Positions 28,031 to 37,202 of a stretch of DNA of 39,993 nt are shown one piece after another. The notes below the pieces were generated by a model, which saw only the letters and a program-made list of their open reading frames with translations, searched no databases and had not been told where the DNA came from. The stretch spans positions 1 to 39,993 of the IMG/VR virus record IMGVR_UViG_3300029226_000010. The stretch is one strand, 5' to 3'. Source of the stretch: a virus (lineage: Duplodnaviria > Caudoviricetes). The number at the start of each line of letters is the position of its first letter. Position 1 is the first letter of the stretch. The translations under genes and the position numbers were made by a program.

Positions 28031-28851
28031 TTTTTTAACCTATAGCTAATTGATGGGTAAGGGTTGTAACCTGTTAATGTTATCATGTTAGGTAAGAACT
28101 CTTCTATTGGTGTACCTTTTGCACTCTCTACCGTGTACTTTGGATACTCTACTGGTTTACCAAATAACACATTATTGCAGTACTTAATAGCTTCATTACT
28201 ATGCTCTGCATAAATATGTGTATCTCCAAGCATCATGGTTATCTTGCCTGGTGCCATACCAACTTCATTAGCTAGTAGTACATTCCACAGAGCAGCCAAA
28301 ACTATATCTGAAGGTAAACCTATCATTGTATCGACTGATCTTTGATACCAGATCATATCAAGATGCTTAACTCCATCAATATCATTGACGTACCACTGAT
28401 ACAATAAGTGACAGCATGGCAAAGATAACTCTTCCATACCGACTGGATTCCAACCAGTAACTATCATACGCCTATCAGCAGGATTGTTCTTAAGCTTGTC
28501 TTTAACTTTAGCCATTTGGTCTACACCCGCAAAGTTACTCCACAGATTACCATAGTCTATATTCAAGTAACCTTGCTCGTCAGCCCAAGTATCCCAGTAG
28601 TTACAGTCAAACACTTTGAAATCATCTATATGATGAGGTCCTCGTATTAAAGCTGCAAATTCACCGAATATCCCGCCAGGGAACATCTTTCTACCGTATA
28701 GCAATGGGAATCTGTCGTCTCCAGACATATCTATAGTTAGTGTGCGACCAAATACAGACTTGGTTACACCATTCCTACCTTCTCGTCGTTGCCCATTTTG
28801 TAGTATGTCTCGTATTAACTCGACGTATTTAAACTCAAAATTATTCATCAT
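28027..28851 (-). CDS. thyA: Thymidylate synthase (ThyA-family) homolog with Asp at the Asn177 position
   Basis: RNG, DRR, LPCCH, YQRSVD, GDTHIY motifs; GLPSD in place of canonical GLPFN. Confidence 0.85.
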   Translation of the reverse strand: MMNNFEFKYVELIRDILQNGQRREGRNGVTKSVFGRTLTIDMSGDDRFPLLYGRKMFPGGIFGEFAALIRGPHHIDDFKVFDCNYWDTWADEQGYLNIDYGNLWSNFAGVDQMAKVKDKLKNNPADRRMIVTGWNPVGMEELSLPCCHLLYQWYVNDIDGVKHLDMIWYQRSVDTMIGLPSDIVLAALWNVLLANEVGMAPGKITMMLGDTHIYAEHSNEAIKYCNNVLFGKPVEYPKYTVESAKGTPIEEFLPNMITLTGYNPYPSISYRLKK

Positions 28852-30527
28852 GCTGCCTCATATTTATGTAAGTAATCACTTTCTATTCTGCCCCAATTGT
28901 AACCAGTATAAACTGTTACAGGCATAGGTAAGTCTCTAACCTTTAAGTCTTTGCCAGTACGACATGCTTCTTTCCAGCCTTTTTGCATGGCATCAGCTAC
29001 TATAATAGCCACACCCTCATAGACTTCTTCATCGTTAGGGCAATCATAGATATAACTGTCGTGTATAAAGTTAGCTAAGAACACGTCACCACCAAAAGCA
29101 CTCTTAATTTCAGGCTCCATGTAATGCATAGCTAATTTAGCTACTTCAGAACCAAAGCCCTGGTTAATAATATTGAGTTGGTCAGTAGGCAGCTTAGCTG
29201 TATACTTGCGACCAAATGGTGTTGCCCAAGGTCTCCCGTGTCTCCAGTCTTCCATACCTTTGTCTTGCCAGGCAGCAATAACAGCATATAGGTTACGCCA
29301 CTTACGCTTTATACTTTTTAGCTCAAATTCAGATAGTAAAATACCTGCAGCTTTGATTAGAATACTACCAAACATGTTGGCTCCACCTCCATACAAGAGG
29401 TTGAAGTTACAAGTCTTAGCTATTTGTCTCTGTGTAGGCGTAAAGTCCTTACCAAACAGCATTGTGGCAGTGTAGTCATGCAAGTCTTCCATGGCTCGCA
29501 GCAGCTTAACCATAACTGGTTCACCAGTAATAGCTGCAATGCATCGCATCTCTAGTTGAGCATAGTCAGAATAAGACAGTACTCTACCTGCCTCAGTGTC
29601 ATAACCGAATACACATTTAGTTTTACGAGGTATTTGTTGCAGGTTTTGGTCCTTAGAAGTAAACCTACCTGATCTGGCTGAAGGTAAAAACTTACCATAT
29701 ATGCGACCTTCATCATTATCAAATTTATTCAGAAAACTATTTTGCTTTATTAGCTTACGCACAGTGTTGACTTCTTTGGCCCTTTCGTTACCGCTAAGAG
29801 CTAGAGTGGCTAAACCAAGTGCATCAGAGTTTTTACTGCCTATATAGGGCCTTACCTGCACATAACTGTTTACATTTATAGGTAGGTTGTATTTTTCTAT
29901 CTCTGCTATGTTACTAGCATATAGTTTCTGTAACTCACTAGCTATTACAGGCATGCCATTATTCTGGAAGTCTAGTGCATACTGAGTAGCTAACATGTCT
30001 AGCTTATAGCTTGTGTCATCAATATGAGCTTTAATGTCATTATATACTTGAGGCAAATAATACACATCAATAGCTGCGTATAGTTTTTGCGTTGTTGTTA
30101 GCACTGGTATGTCCCAGTTTATCTTCTGCATTAGTTTTTTATCTATGCCTGCTTTCTCATAAGGGTCATAACCTAACACATATTTCATAGTTTTATCTAA
30201 AGAAAACCTGTCTTTATTGTAAAAGTGCAGTCTTGCCAGGTACAAGGTATCTTCATAATCTTTAGGCTCGTAACGAGAATTTGTTTGGGCTTGTATAGTT
30301 GTTATATCATAATGCCCGTTTTGCATCACAACTTTTATCTTATCAAGCAGTAAGGTTAGTTCAAATGGGTTTGGGTTGTTAACTAATAATACGCCATCCC
30401 AGCCTTCCTGGAAGAACTGGGCTAGTCGTATACGTTTATAAAACCCACACGTTTCAGAGTCAAAAAATAAAGGCTCATCCTCATTGAGCCTTATGTCTTC
30501 TAATTCACATTCTAGTATATTCATCAC
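28848..30527 (-). CDS. polA: Family A DNA polymerase with 3'-5' exonuclease
   Basis: Exo motifs DSET, NGHYD, YAAID; SGRF..QNLQQIPR; motif A DYAQLEMR; motif B RQIAKTCNF.LLYG; motif C IHDS. Confidence 0.92.
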   Translation of the reverse strand: MMNILECELEDIRLNEDEPLFFDSETCGFYKRIRLAQFFQEGWDGVLLVNNPNPFELTLLLDKIKVVMQNGHYDITTIQAQTNSRYEPKDYEDTLYLARLHFYNKDRFSLDKTMKYVLGYDPYEKAGIDKKLMQKINWDIPVLTTTQKLYAAIDVYYLPQVYNDIKAHIDDTSYKLDMLATQYALDFQNNGMPVIASELQKLYASNIAEIEKYNLPINVNSYVQVRPYIGSKNSDALGLATLALSGNERAKEVNTVRKLIKQNSFLNKFDNDEGRIYGKFLPSARSGRFTSKDQNLQQIPRKTKCVFGYDTEAGRVLSYSDYAQLEMRCIAAITGEPVMVKLLRAMEDLHDYTATMLFGKDFTPTQRQIAKTCNFNLLYGGGANMFGSILIKAAGILLSEFELKSIKRKWRNLYAVIAAWQDKGMEDWRHGRPWATPFGRKYTAKLPTDQLNIINQGFGSEVAKLAMHYMEPEIKSAFGGDVFLANFIHDSYIYDCPNDEEVYEGVAIIVADAMQKGWKEACRTGKDLKVRDLPMPVTVYTGYNWGRIESDYLHKYEAA

Positions 30528-31165
30528 AACCGCTTAACACCTGTAACCCCTACGTCCTCTAATAGCTTAACTTGCGTGTCATCTAAAGCACCAGTGAACG
30601 CTTCAACTAACTCTTTACGTTTAGCTTCAGCCGCACCCTTAGCTATTACACCTGCTACATTTTTGTCTTTGTCGCATAACTCATCATACTGTGTACGATC
30701 AAGCTTCTGTACAATGAACTTATACTTAATATCAGAAGACAAGTCAATATTCATACCTTCATCAACACGAGTAACGTTAACAATTTCAAAGCCTGAAGTA
30801 GTAGCTACTATGACTTGATCTTCATCGGCAAGTAACTCAATATCTTTAGCTACTTTATATGTGTACACCTTAGCACTATTATTAAACCGAATTCCTATAG
30901 TGTAAAAGTTCTCTAACAACAATTCAACCATGTGATTTTGCATTTCTTTTTCCTCTTGTAGTCTATTTTCAACTGCTGTTATTGTACCTTGTAATGGTCG
31001 TTCTTTACTGTATAGATTATACTCTACAAATACGTGGTCGTTAACTTTTGAGCGAAAGGTATTTTCACACCTTATTGCCACAGTTGAAGTATCACTAGTG
31101 CATATAACTACTTCCACACCCTTGTAAAATTCTACCTCTGTTACCCTACAACGATATTGCATCAT
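30524..31165 (-). CDS. Phage hypothetical protein
   Basis: 213-aa ORF with AGGAG RBS; GIRF...KVYTYK...YKFIVQKLD segment; possible internal start at 30943 behind GAGG. Confidence 0.6.
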   Translation of the reverse strand: MMQYRCRVTEVEFYKGVEVVICTSDTSTVAIRCENTFRSKVNDHVFVEYNLYSKERPLQGTITAVENRLQEEKEMQNHMVELLLENFYTIGIRFNNSAKVYTYKVAKDIELLADEDQVIVATTSGFEIVNVTRVDEGMNIDLSSDIKYKFIVQKLDRTQYDELCDKDKNVAGVIAKGAAEAKRKELVEAFTGALDDTQVKLLEDVGVTGVKRL

Positions 31166-31173
31166 TTTCTCCT

Positions 31174-31241
31174 AAAAAGGAAGCTTCTGCCTTGATTTCC
31201 TAATCGCATAGTTGTTAGTACTCAGCGAAGACAGAAGCCCC
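31174..31241 (-). terminator. 14-bp stem with 34-nt loop and U5 tail downstream of ssb (terminator, attenuator or processing site)
   Basis: Minus strand GGGGCTTCTGTCTT pairs with AAGGCAGAAGCTTC using three G-U pairs, followed by CTTTTT. Confidence 0.5.
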
Positions 31242-31249
31242 TAAACTAG

Positions 31250-31903
31250 TTACAAGCGAGGCTTACCTTCAGTTTCTTCTGTGGCCACACTTTCAAATTC
31301 AGTGTCAACACCCTCAAAACCACCTTCCACGCTATCCTGTGAATCAAAACCAGCATCTTCAGAGTACTCATTAAACTTAACTAATTGAATAGCATTAAGA
31401 TATAGTGAGACACCATGATTAGTACCATTATGGTACATAGCCATAGTTCCTGATATTGCTCCAAATGAACCATTGCCAATCTTTTTACCACCTAGAGAGA
31501 TTCTGTTACCTTTAGAGTTATACACATCAACTACTCTGTCATTGCCTTCCTCTTCCCCTTTCTTAGGTGGCCAATTAGCACCAGTCCAGAATGAGAACGC
31601 AGTCATACCTGTTTTAATCCAGTCAGCCTCATCGTCTTCATCACCACCATCCTTAAGTACAGACTCTTCCCGATAACCCAGAGACTTTTTCTTTTGCCCT
31701 TTAGCTTTATTAGCTGTCCAAAACTCTTCCAAAGCGGCAATTAGTGACTTACAGCCAGCACTGTCGCTCTTAACGTAAAGTGATGCTTGTTTACGGTTGG
31801 GCTTAGTTGGGTCCATGGCAGGCTTGCCAGGAGCATCAATGAATACCCATCGTAATTCACCCTCCAGTACTGGAACGTGATCACTTGTGTTGAACTTTTG
31901 CAT
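31250..31903 (-). CDS. ssb: Single-stranded DNA-binding protein (T7 gp2.5/DUF2815-like)
   Basis: IGNGS.G, GVSLYLNAIQLVK motifs and acidic C-terminal tail. Confidence 0.8.
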   Translation of the reverse strand: MQKFNTSDHVPVLEGELRWVFIDAPGKPAMDPTKPNRKQASLYVKSDSAGCKSLIAALEEFWTANKAKGQKKKSLGYREESVLKDGGDEDDEADWIKTGMTAFSFWTGANWPPKKGEEEGNDRVVDVYNSKGNRISLGGKKIGNGSFGAISGTMAMYHNGTNHGVSLYLNAIQLVKFNEYSEDAGFDSQDSVEGGFEGVDTEFESVATEETEGKPRL

Positions 31904-31970
31904 ATTTTCATACCTTTATCATAATGTGCTTTTACATACTCTAGCAGGTCGCACTTACTGCTATATTTAT

Positions 31971-32037
31971 ATTATACTATATTATAGAAATAAAATACAA
32001 TAGACATATCTTATAACTAGTCATAAGTATTACTTAT
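31971..32037 (-). promoter_or_regulatory. Sigma70-like promoter (TTGTAT-N18-TATAAT) with two upstream palindromic boxes
   Basis: -35 at 31995-32000, -10 at 31971-31976; boxes at 32000-32014 and 32023-32037. Confidence 0.7.
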
Positions 32038-32039
32038 GT

Positions 32040-33347
32040 CTAGTTAGTATATACTTTACTAGCCGCTCTCGATATAGCTACGTATAGTAACCGTAAGTAG
32101 AGTGTATAATTCTTATCTGCGCATAAGCCAACATCTTGTATATCTAAAAAGACAGTACTATACGTACTACCCTGGCTTTTATGTATTGTCATAGCATAAG
32201 GAAAGTCTAAGCAAATAACGCAAGTCTTAAAAGTAAAGTAGTCTCTCCAAGCAATACCTCTTTCTTTAGCTAACTTACTTGACTTATGTGTCGCAGCCCA
32301 TATTTTAGCTGGCATGTTATACTCTTGCTCTATTGCCTTATTAGCTAATACTGCTGCTTCACCTAGAGACTCTAAAGTAGTTTTATATGTATAGTGACCA
32401 AACACGTAAGCTACCATAGTGTCGTCATTAAGCACTGCAAAACGAGCTATACCCATCTTTATTAGGTGCTCTAGAGTTCTAAACTTAGAGCCGAATGTTA
32501 ACTGCTCATCACCAAATGGCAATTCAATATGGTCTATCTCTTGAGGCAGGTATCGCTTACCAAAAGTGTACTTGCGTTTAGTAGTAGGTGAAAATACTGT
32601 ATCCATACCTTCTGGTTTATCTTTACCTGCTATTGCTCTATTAAGTGCCTCTACACGGGCATTAGTAAAAGCCAGCATAACACTATCTAACTTATCATGC
32701 TTTAAATAAGTATCCACCAGGTCTACACCACGGATAAAGTTTTGGTTTGCTAATAGTGGCTCTGGTGTAGCACCCTCGATCATCTTAACTAAAGCTGTAA
32801 GTGTGAATAGCAGCTCGCTACCTGAGTCCTGACGGTATATCTTAGTTAGCTTAACGTTGTGGTCACCTCCAGGGTATATAGCTTGCTGGTCCCCTATAGG
32901 AGGTAACTGGTTAGGGTCACCTATATAGATAACCTTAAGCAGTAGCTTGCCATCATCGTCATACTGGAGCACACCTATATCACCATAGTCACGTTCACCT
33001 AACATACTGTACTCATCTACAAAGAGTATGGCCATATCATCAGGTGAGCCTTGTTGCTGGCTGTTCTGTATGTGCTTTACATCAAGTGCATTCTCGTTAA
33101 CTGTAGGCCTCTTCTTAAGAAACTTGTGTAGTGTACTTATATTAGCCCCGTGAGGTAACTTATCTAGTAGGATGCCACAAGCTTTGTGAGTGTATGCACA
33201 AACAAGGTAGTTAATATTGCTAGCACTACAGCTATCCACAAGATCAAAAAGAAGTGTAGTTTTTCCTGTTCCTGCCTGGCCCGAAATAAACATCTCAGCA
33301 GCTTTCTTATCATCTATAAAGTCCTCAAATTGTGTTAGTAACGTCAT
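32040..33347 (-). CDS. SF1B Dda/RecD-like helicase
   Basis: GQAGTGKT, VDEYSM, GDPNQLPP, YRQ, TIHKSQGST and YVAISRA motifs. Confidence 0.9.
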   Translation of the reverse strand: MTLLTQFEDFIDDKKAAEMFISGQAGTGKTTLLFDLVDSCSASNINYLVCAYTHKACGILLDKLPHGANISTLHKFLKKRPTVNENALDVKHIQNSQQQGSPDDMAILFVDEYSMLGERDYGDIGVLQYDDDGKLLLKVIYIGDPNQLPPIGDQQAIYPGGDHNVKLTKIYRQDSGSELLFTLTALVKMIEGATPEPLLANQNFIRGVDLVDTYLKHDKLDSVMLAFTNARVEALNRAIAGKDKPEGMDTVFSPTTKRKYTFGKRYLPQEIDHIELPFGDEQLTFGSKFRTLEHLIKMGIARFAVLNDDTMVAYVFGHYTYKTTLESLGEAAVLANKAIEQEYNMPAKIWAATHKSSKLAKERGIAWRDYFTFKTCVICLDFPYAMTIHKSQGSTYSTVFLDIQDVGLCADKNYTLYLRLLYVAISRAASKVYTN

Positions 33348-35595
33348 GAAATTCTCTCGGTTGGTAATGGAGTAATGTTTTTACATGGTAGTAGTACTGC
33401 TTAACTCCTCCTTTCGATGTGGGCACTTTCTCAAAGTCATGTTCTCGCATAACTTTAGTTAGCCCTCGCTTAGTGCCACGGTAGTCTGTTAGGTATTCAT
33501 ATAGCTCAAACAGGTCATTCTCAAACACCCTGCCTTCACTGGCATGCTCAAATACTGCCCAACACTGGAACTCTTCAACGGCATCACCTAAAACGTCAAA
33601 CATAGCATGTTTTAAACAGTATGCAATCTTCTGTGCAGCAGGCATAGAATCAGCAATAACATACCTCTTTTTCTCCGTTGTTGGTGGTGACATGTACTCA
33701 TCCCAGGAAGCAGCGTCAACCTCTGTAGCTAAGTAGTACGCAAAGTCATTGGTCTCAGCACGTATCTTCTCTATAACTGTTGTCATACCACCAGCCGTTT
33801 GCACCCAGTCAGCTTCTTTGAGCACATTAGGTGTATCTATGAAGCACATACGTCTATCACCATCTTCCAGTAGCAGTGGATTACTGTTAGCTGTCATAAT
33901 AAAAGTAGCTACATGTGAGTAGTTAAACCCGTCAGTTCTCATCTGCCTTATCTGTGTCTCTGGTTTACCAGTGTAAGACTTTATCTTCCCTAGAGCAATT
34001 TCTTTATCCATTAAAGTGTGTAACTGATTACCGTATTCATCTAACTGTATAAAGTACTTATCAACTAACCACCCATTAAACTGTTCTAGGAACTCTTTAG
34101 CTGTTGGTCTAGCCACGTATGGGTTACCTATAATAGCTGCCAAGATGTTGACAAAAGTATCTTTACCAGAGCCGTGCTTACCTAAGCAATAGAGTAACGT
34201 AGGTGAGTACTTGAACGTAGTATATTTACGCTTTAGGAACCTTAGCACATAGTTTCTTATGTAAGGGTCAGGAATAAATGTCTCAAAGAACTTAGATATA
34301 GTCTCTGCGGGCTTATATAAGTCTGCATAAGGCTTTGGATTATTTAATATAGCTAAAGCTGGACTTTGTCTAAAGATGTTAAATTCGCGATTATAGGCAT
34401 CCTCAGAGTAGAATCCAAACGGCAATATAGGTTGTATAGAAGTTCTAACAACTGGCACCATCATCGTCAGCTCTTTACGAACAGGTAAAGCTATAGCTAC
34501 TGGTTCAATATACTCAAATAAATCTCTTGACTTGAAGAATATTTTTATATGGTCTGTTGTGTAGTTTATGAAGTAGAAGCTAGCACGTATGTCATCGAAG
34601 AAAACTTCGCATGCATCTCCAAGCTTTGTCGTAAAAGCAAGACCTCTATTTTTCCAGTGTTCGTCATAAGACCAAATTGGTTCCCCATTAATACTAGAGT
34701 TTCCGCTAACCATGGGATTGATAATTGTGCTCTCGAGTCTTTTTCTAGGGATAGGGTCGTCCCAGAAGCCGTTAATAATGTCAATTGTACGTGTGTATAG
34801 TTCTTCGTTAACACTAGAGTCTGCTCCAAGTATGGCAGAAACTTTTGACAGGTACTCTGATCCTCTTCCTTCAGGTATGTTCTTAGGGTGTAAATAGCCA
34901 TGTTTGATATACTCTGGTAATGATCTAAAGTCTTTAGGTGTTATTATACGGAATAATGAAGGCAAAAATTCTTTCTTCGCACAAAACATCTCTAGCTGTG
35001 GAGCTAAGTAGCCACTCCTTATACTCATAGCTGGTGCCTTAGTCTCTTTAACTGCACCACCTTTAGCTAATGTATATTGTAGTTGAAGATTATCGAGTAA
35101 CGTGATAACTTCTGCGGGTGGGTATTCGAGGTCTGGAAGGTCAAGAAATTCGTTCTGCTCCCATTTTTCTTTACTCCCGTTTTTATCAGTCGGCAAGTAC
35201 ACAAAACCATTGTCAGAGTAAAAGTCAAGGTGCAAGAGATTATTCTGTATTGAGAATGATTCAATATTAGACCCCGTTGGGTACTTGTATATAATTGTGC
35301 CACCACCCTTGGGTTTCCCTTTAGAAACGAAGTGAAACTCGTTTCCCCTGTCCAGCGCACTGAATAGATCATACGTTTTTTGGTCATCACAGTCTATAGC
35401 TATTATGTTAGATACAGCTCCAGTAATGGCCCCTCCTAAGGTAGCCGCTTCTTCGTTAAATGTTGATTGGTAATGTGTTCGCCAGTTCTTTTCAAATTTA
35501 GGTGTTGTTTTAGTTCCATCTTCCAGCCTTTCTAGTCGTCCTTTTAATGGTACAGTGTGTATACCAAGGTCTATAAAGGGTTGTATATTCTTCAC
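33325..35595 (-). CDS. Primase-polymerase (AEP) fused to SF3-type helicase
   Basis: N-terminal GAITG...IAIDCD (DxD); C-terminal GKHGSGKD, QFNGW, LDE, TANS and DRR motifs. Confidence 0.82.
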   Translation of the reverse strand: MKNIQPFIDLGIHTVPLKGRLERLEDGTKTTPKFEKNWRTHYQSTFNEEAATLGGAITGAVSNIIAIDCDDQKTYDLFSALDRGNEFHFVSKGKPKGGGTIIYKYPTGSNIESFSIQNNLLHLDFYSDNGFVYLPTDKNGSKEKWEQNEFLDLPDLEYPPAEVITLLDNLQLQYTLAKGGAVKETKAPAMSIRSGYLAPQLEMFCAKKEFLPSLFRIITPKDFRSLPEYIKHGYLHPKNIPEGRGSEYLSKVSAILGADSSVNEELYTRTIDIINGFWDDPIPRKRLESTIINPMVSGNSSINGEPIWSYDEHWKNRGLAFTTKLGDACEVFFDDIRASFYFINYTTDHIKIFFKSRDLFEYIEPVAIALPVRKELTMMVPVVRTSIQPILPFGFYSEDAYNREFNIFRQSPALAILNNPKPYADLYKPAETISKFFETFIPDPYIRNYVLRFLKRKYTTFKYSPTLLYCLGKHGSGKDTFVNILAAIIGNPYVARPTAKEFLEQFNGWLVDKYFIQLDEYGNQLHTLMDKEIALGKIKSYTGKPETQIRQMRTDGFNYSHVATFIMTANSNPLLLEDGDRRMCFIDTPNVLKEADWVQTAGGMTTVIEKIRAETNDFAYYLATEVDAASWDEYMSPPTTEKKRYVIADSMPAAQKIAYCLKHAMFDVLGDAVEEFQCWAVFEHASEGRVFENDLFELYEYLTDYRGTKRGLTKVMREHDFEKVPTSKGGVKQYYYHVKTLLHYQPREFHDVTNTI

Positions 35596-36176
35596 ATACG
35601 TCTCCAGATAAAGTTTCCAGCCAGTTTTAGTTTACCAGTACAGCATGCTGAGATGCTACTCTGACTAACTCCAGTCTCACGTTGAGCTTGACTTGCTGAC
35701 GGGAATTCTTTAATAAAACCACCTAGTCTATCTAATTGTGTCACTGCTTTAGCTCGACTAGTGCTACCTCTAGGCAGACTTGCTGCATGTTCAGCAAAAG
35801 TCATTACCTCTAAGTTGATTAAACTATATGATGGATAGCCCTCGCGTGTGGTTAACCTACCTAAGCTAGGTGTTAGCTGCTTTTGGTAACCAGAATCTAC
35901 CCAGTTGTCGTATAACTCGTGGAATTCTGGTTGTGCTAAAGCCCAAGCAATCAGATGCGAAGCTGTATAATTGGGTTGTTTAACACCAGACTTGAGTGCA
36001 CTTCGCAACTGAGTTCTGTGTATCTGCTTAAGTAAACCTTCTTTAGTTCGTCTGCTTTGGCGGGTACATTGCTTGCATTCTGACTTAAATTCACCTACAC
36101 ATTGTCTATAAAACTCAGCTAAAGCCTTTTCTTTACCACACTTTGTGCAAGTCTTCATGTTATCCAGGTACCCCAC
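35592..36176 (-). CDS. Homing-endonuclease-like protein: zinc ribbon, degenerate HNH-like core and NUMOD1 DNA-binding domain
   Basis: CTKC...CKQC; PSLGR....GY...NL; KAVTQLDRLGGFIKEFPSASQAQRETGV...ISACC.GK...AG.FIW. Confidence 0.7.
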   Translation of the reverse strand: MGYLDNMKTCTKCGKEKALAEFYRQCVGEFKSECKQCTRQSRRTKEGLLKQIHRTQLRSALKSGVKQPNYTASHLIAWALAQPEFHELYDNWVDSGYQKQLTPSLGRLTTREGYPSYSLINLEVMTFAEHAASLPRGSTSRAKAVTQLDRLGGFIKEFPSASQAQRETGVSQSSISACCTGKLKLAGNFIWRRM

Positions 36177-36436
36177 GGGAACAAGCCTTCATACTTATGT
36201 GTACCATCTTCTTCTTGCATGTCATCTACATCATTTAGCCAGGCAGGGAATAAGCTAGTAAGTACCGTCTGATTATCAATAAACATCTGGTAGTAACTTA
36301 TGTGCTTAGCTAAGTGTGGATTAGAGCAGTCCAGGTTGTGCTTTCTCTTTATGACCGATATGGGCACACCCATCTCTACCTCTTTTGCCATCTCTACTAT
36401 TAGGGCTCTTCTAAATAGTTTACGTGGTAGTGTCAT
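36155..36436 (-). CDS. Hypothetical protein, possibly DNA-binding
   Basis: 93-aa ORF coupled to neighbours by overlaps. Confidence 0.55.
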   Translation of the reverse strand: MTLPRKLFRRALIVEMAKEVEMGVPISVIKRKHNLDCSNPHLAKHISYYQMFIDNQTVLTSLFPAWLNDVDDMQEEDGTHKYEGLFPWGTWIT

Positions 36437-36645
36437 CCTATTACCTCAATAAGTCCTCTTGGGAAGTAGTCCATATCTGGCACAGTAGCAGTAGCACTAT
36501 GGAATTTACTGTTAAATATATCTATAGCTAAGTTATGTCCAGTAGCCAAGCTCGCACTGTCTATGACTGCTACACAATCTTTGTCGAAGGTCTTACCATT
36601 TACTGAATGGACGTGTACCTGACCAAAGGTTATGTATACGTTCAT
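36433..36645 (-). CDS. Hypothetical protein
   Basis: 70 aa, ATGA overlaps on both sides. Confidence 0.6.
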   Translation of the reverse strand: MNVYITFGQVHVHSVNGKTFDKDCVAVIDSASLATGHNLAIDIFNSKFHSATATVPDMDYFPRGLIEVIG

Positions 36646-36857
36646 GCTGGTTCAGCTGTAAAGTGGCGTGGTCCTTTACCAAATATAGGTCGTACAGTCA
36701 TGCCGTCAAAACCCATTTCTTTACCTAAGGCTACCCAAGCTGCATTAGCACTCTCTTGTGGTGTAGCTGGATCACCTGTGTTAAGTGCTATCATTGGCAC
36801 AGGTTCACAAGCAGAAAGTAGCCTATGCAGTTGATCTTCTGTTAGTTCGTAGTTCAT
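36642..36857 (-). CDS. Hypothetical protein
   Basis: 71 aa, ATGA overlaps, GAGGTG RBS. Confidence 0.6.
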   Translation of the reverse strand: MNYELTEDQLHRLLSACEPVPMIALNTGDPATPQESANAAWVALGKEMGFDGMTVRPIFGKGPRHFTAEPA

Positions 36858-37045
36858 TTTTTCACCTCTATTTTAATGTTGATCTCAGTTGTAGTAGCTT
36901 TCTTTTTGTGTACGTTATGGGTCTCAGCCTGTTGCTTGTACAGGTCGTATATATTAGTCCCGTTAACATTGACCTGCTTGACCTCAGTGCTCTGACTAGG
37001 ACTAGCCGTGAAGCATAGTAGTACTATTAAGTATAATTTATTCAT
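36854..37045 (-). CDS. Small protein with signal-peptide-like N-terminus
   Basis: MNKLYLIVLLCFTASPSQS; AAGGAG RBS; first gene behind the promoter at 37077-37106. Confidence 0.55.
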   Translation of the reverse strand: MNKLYLIVLLCFTASPSQSTEVKQVNVNGTNIYDLYKQQAETHNVHKKKATTTEINIKIEVKK

Positions 37046-37076
37046 ACAGCATACTCCTTATTACATGTGAGTCGTT

Positions 37077-37172
37077 ATATTAAGCTATTTAAATAAAAAA
37101 GTACAATAGAAAAATCTTATAGGCGCACATAGATAAATCTTATTGTACTTTTAGTTGATTAAAGTGTATTAT
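37077..37172. promoter_or_regulatory. Back-to-back divergent promoters sharing two palindromic boxes
   Basis: Minus: TTGTAC (37101-37106)-N18-TAATAT (37077-37082); plus: TTGTAC (37143-37148)-N18-TATTAT (37167-37172); boxes at 37106-37120 and 37129-37143. Confidence 0.75.
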
Positions 37173-37202
37173 ATCTACTCGAATTAACTAAAGGTAAAAA
37201 GC

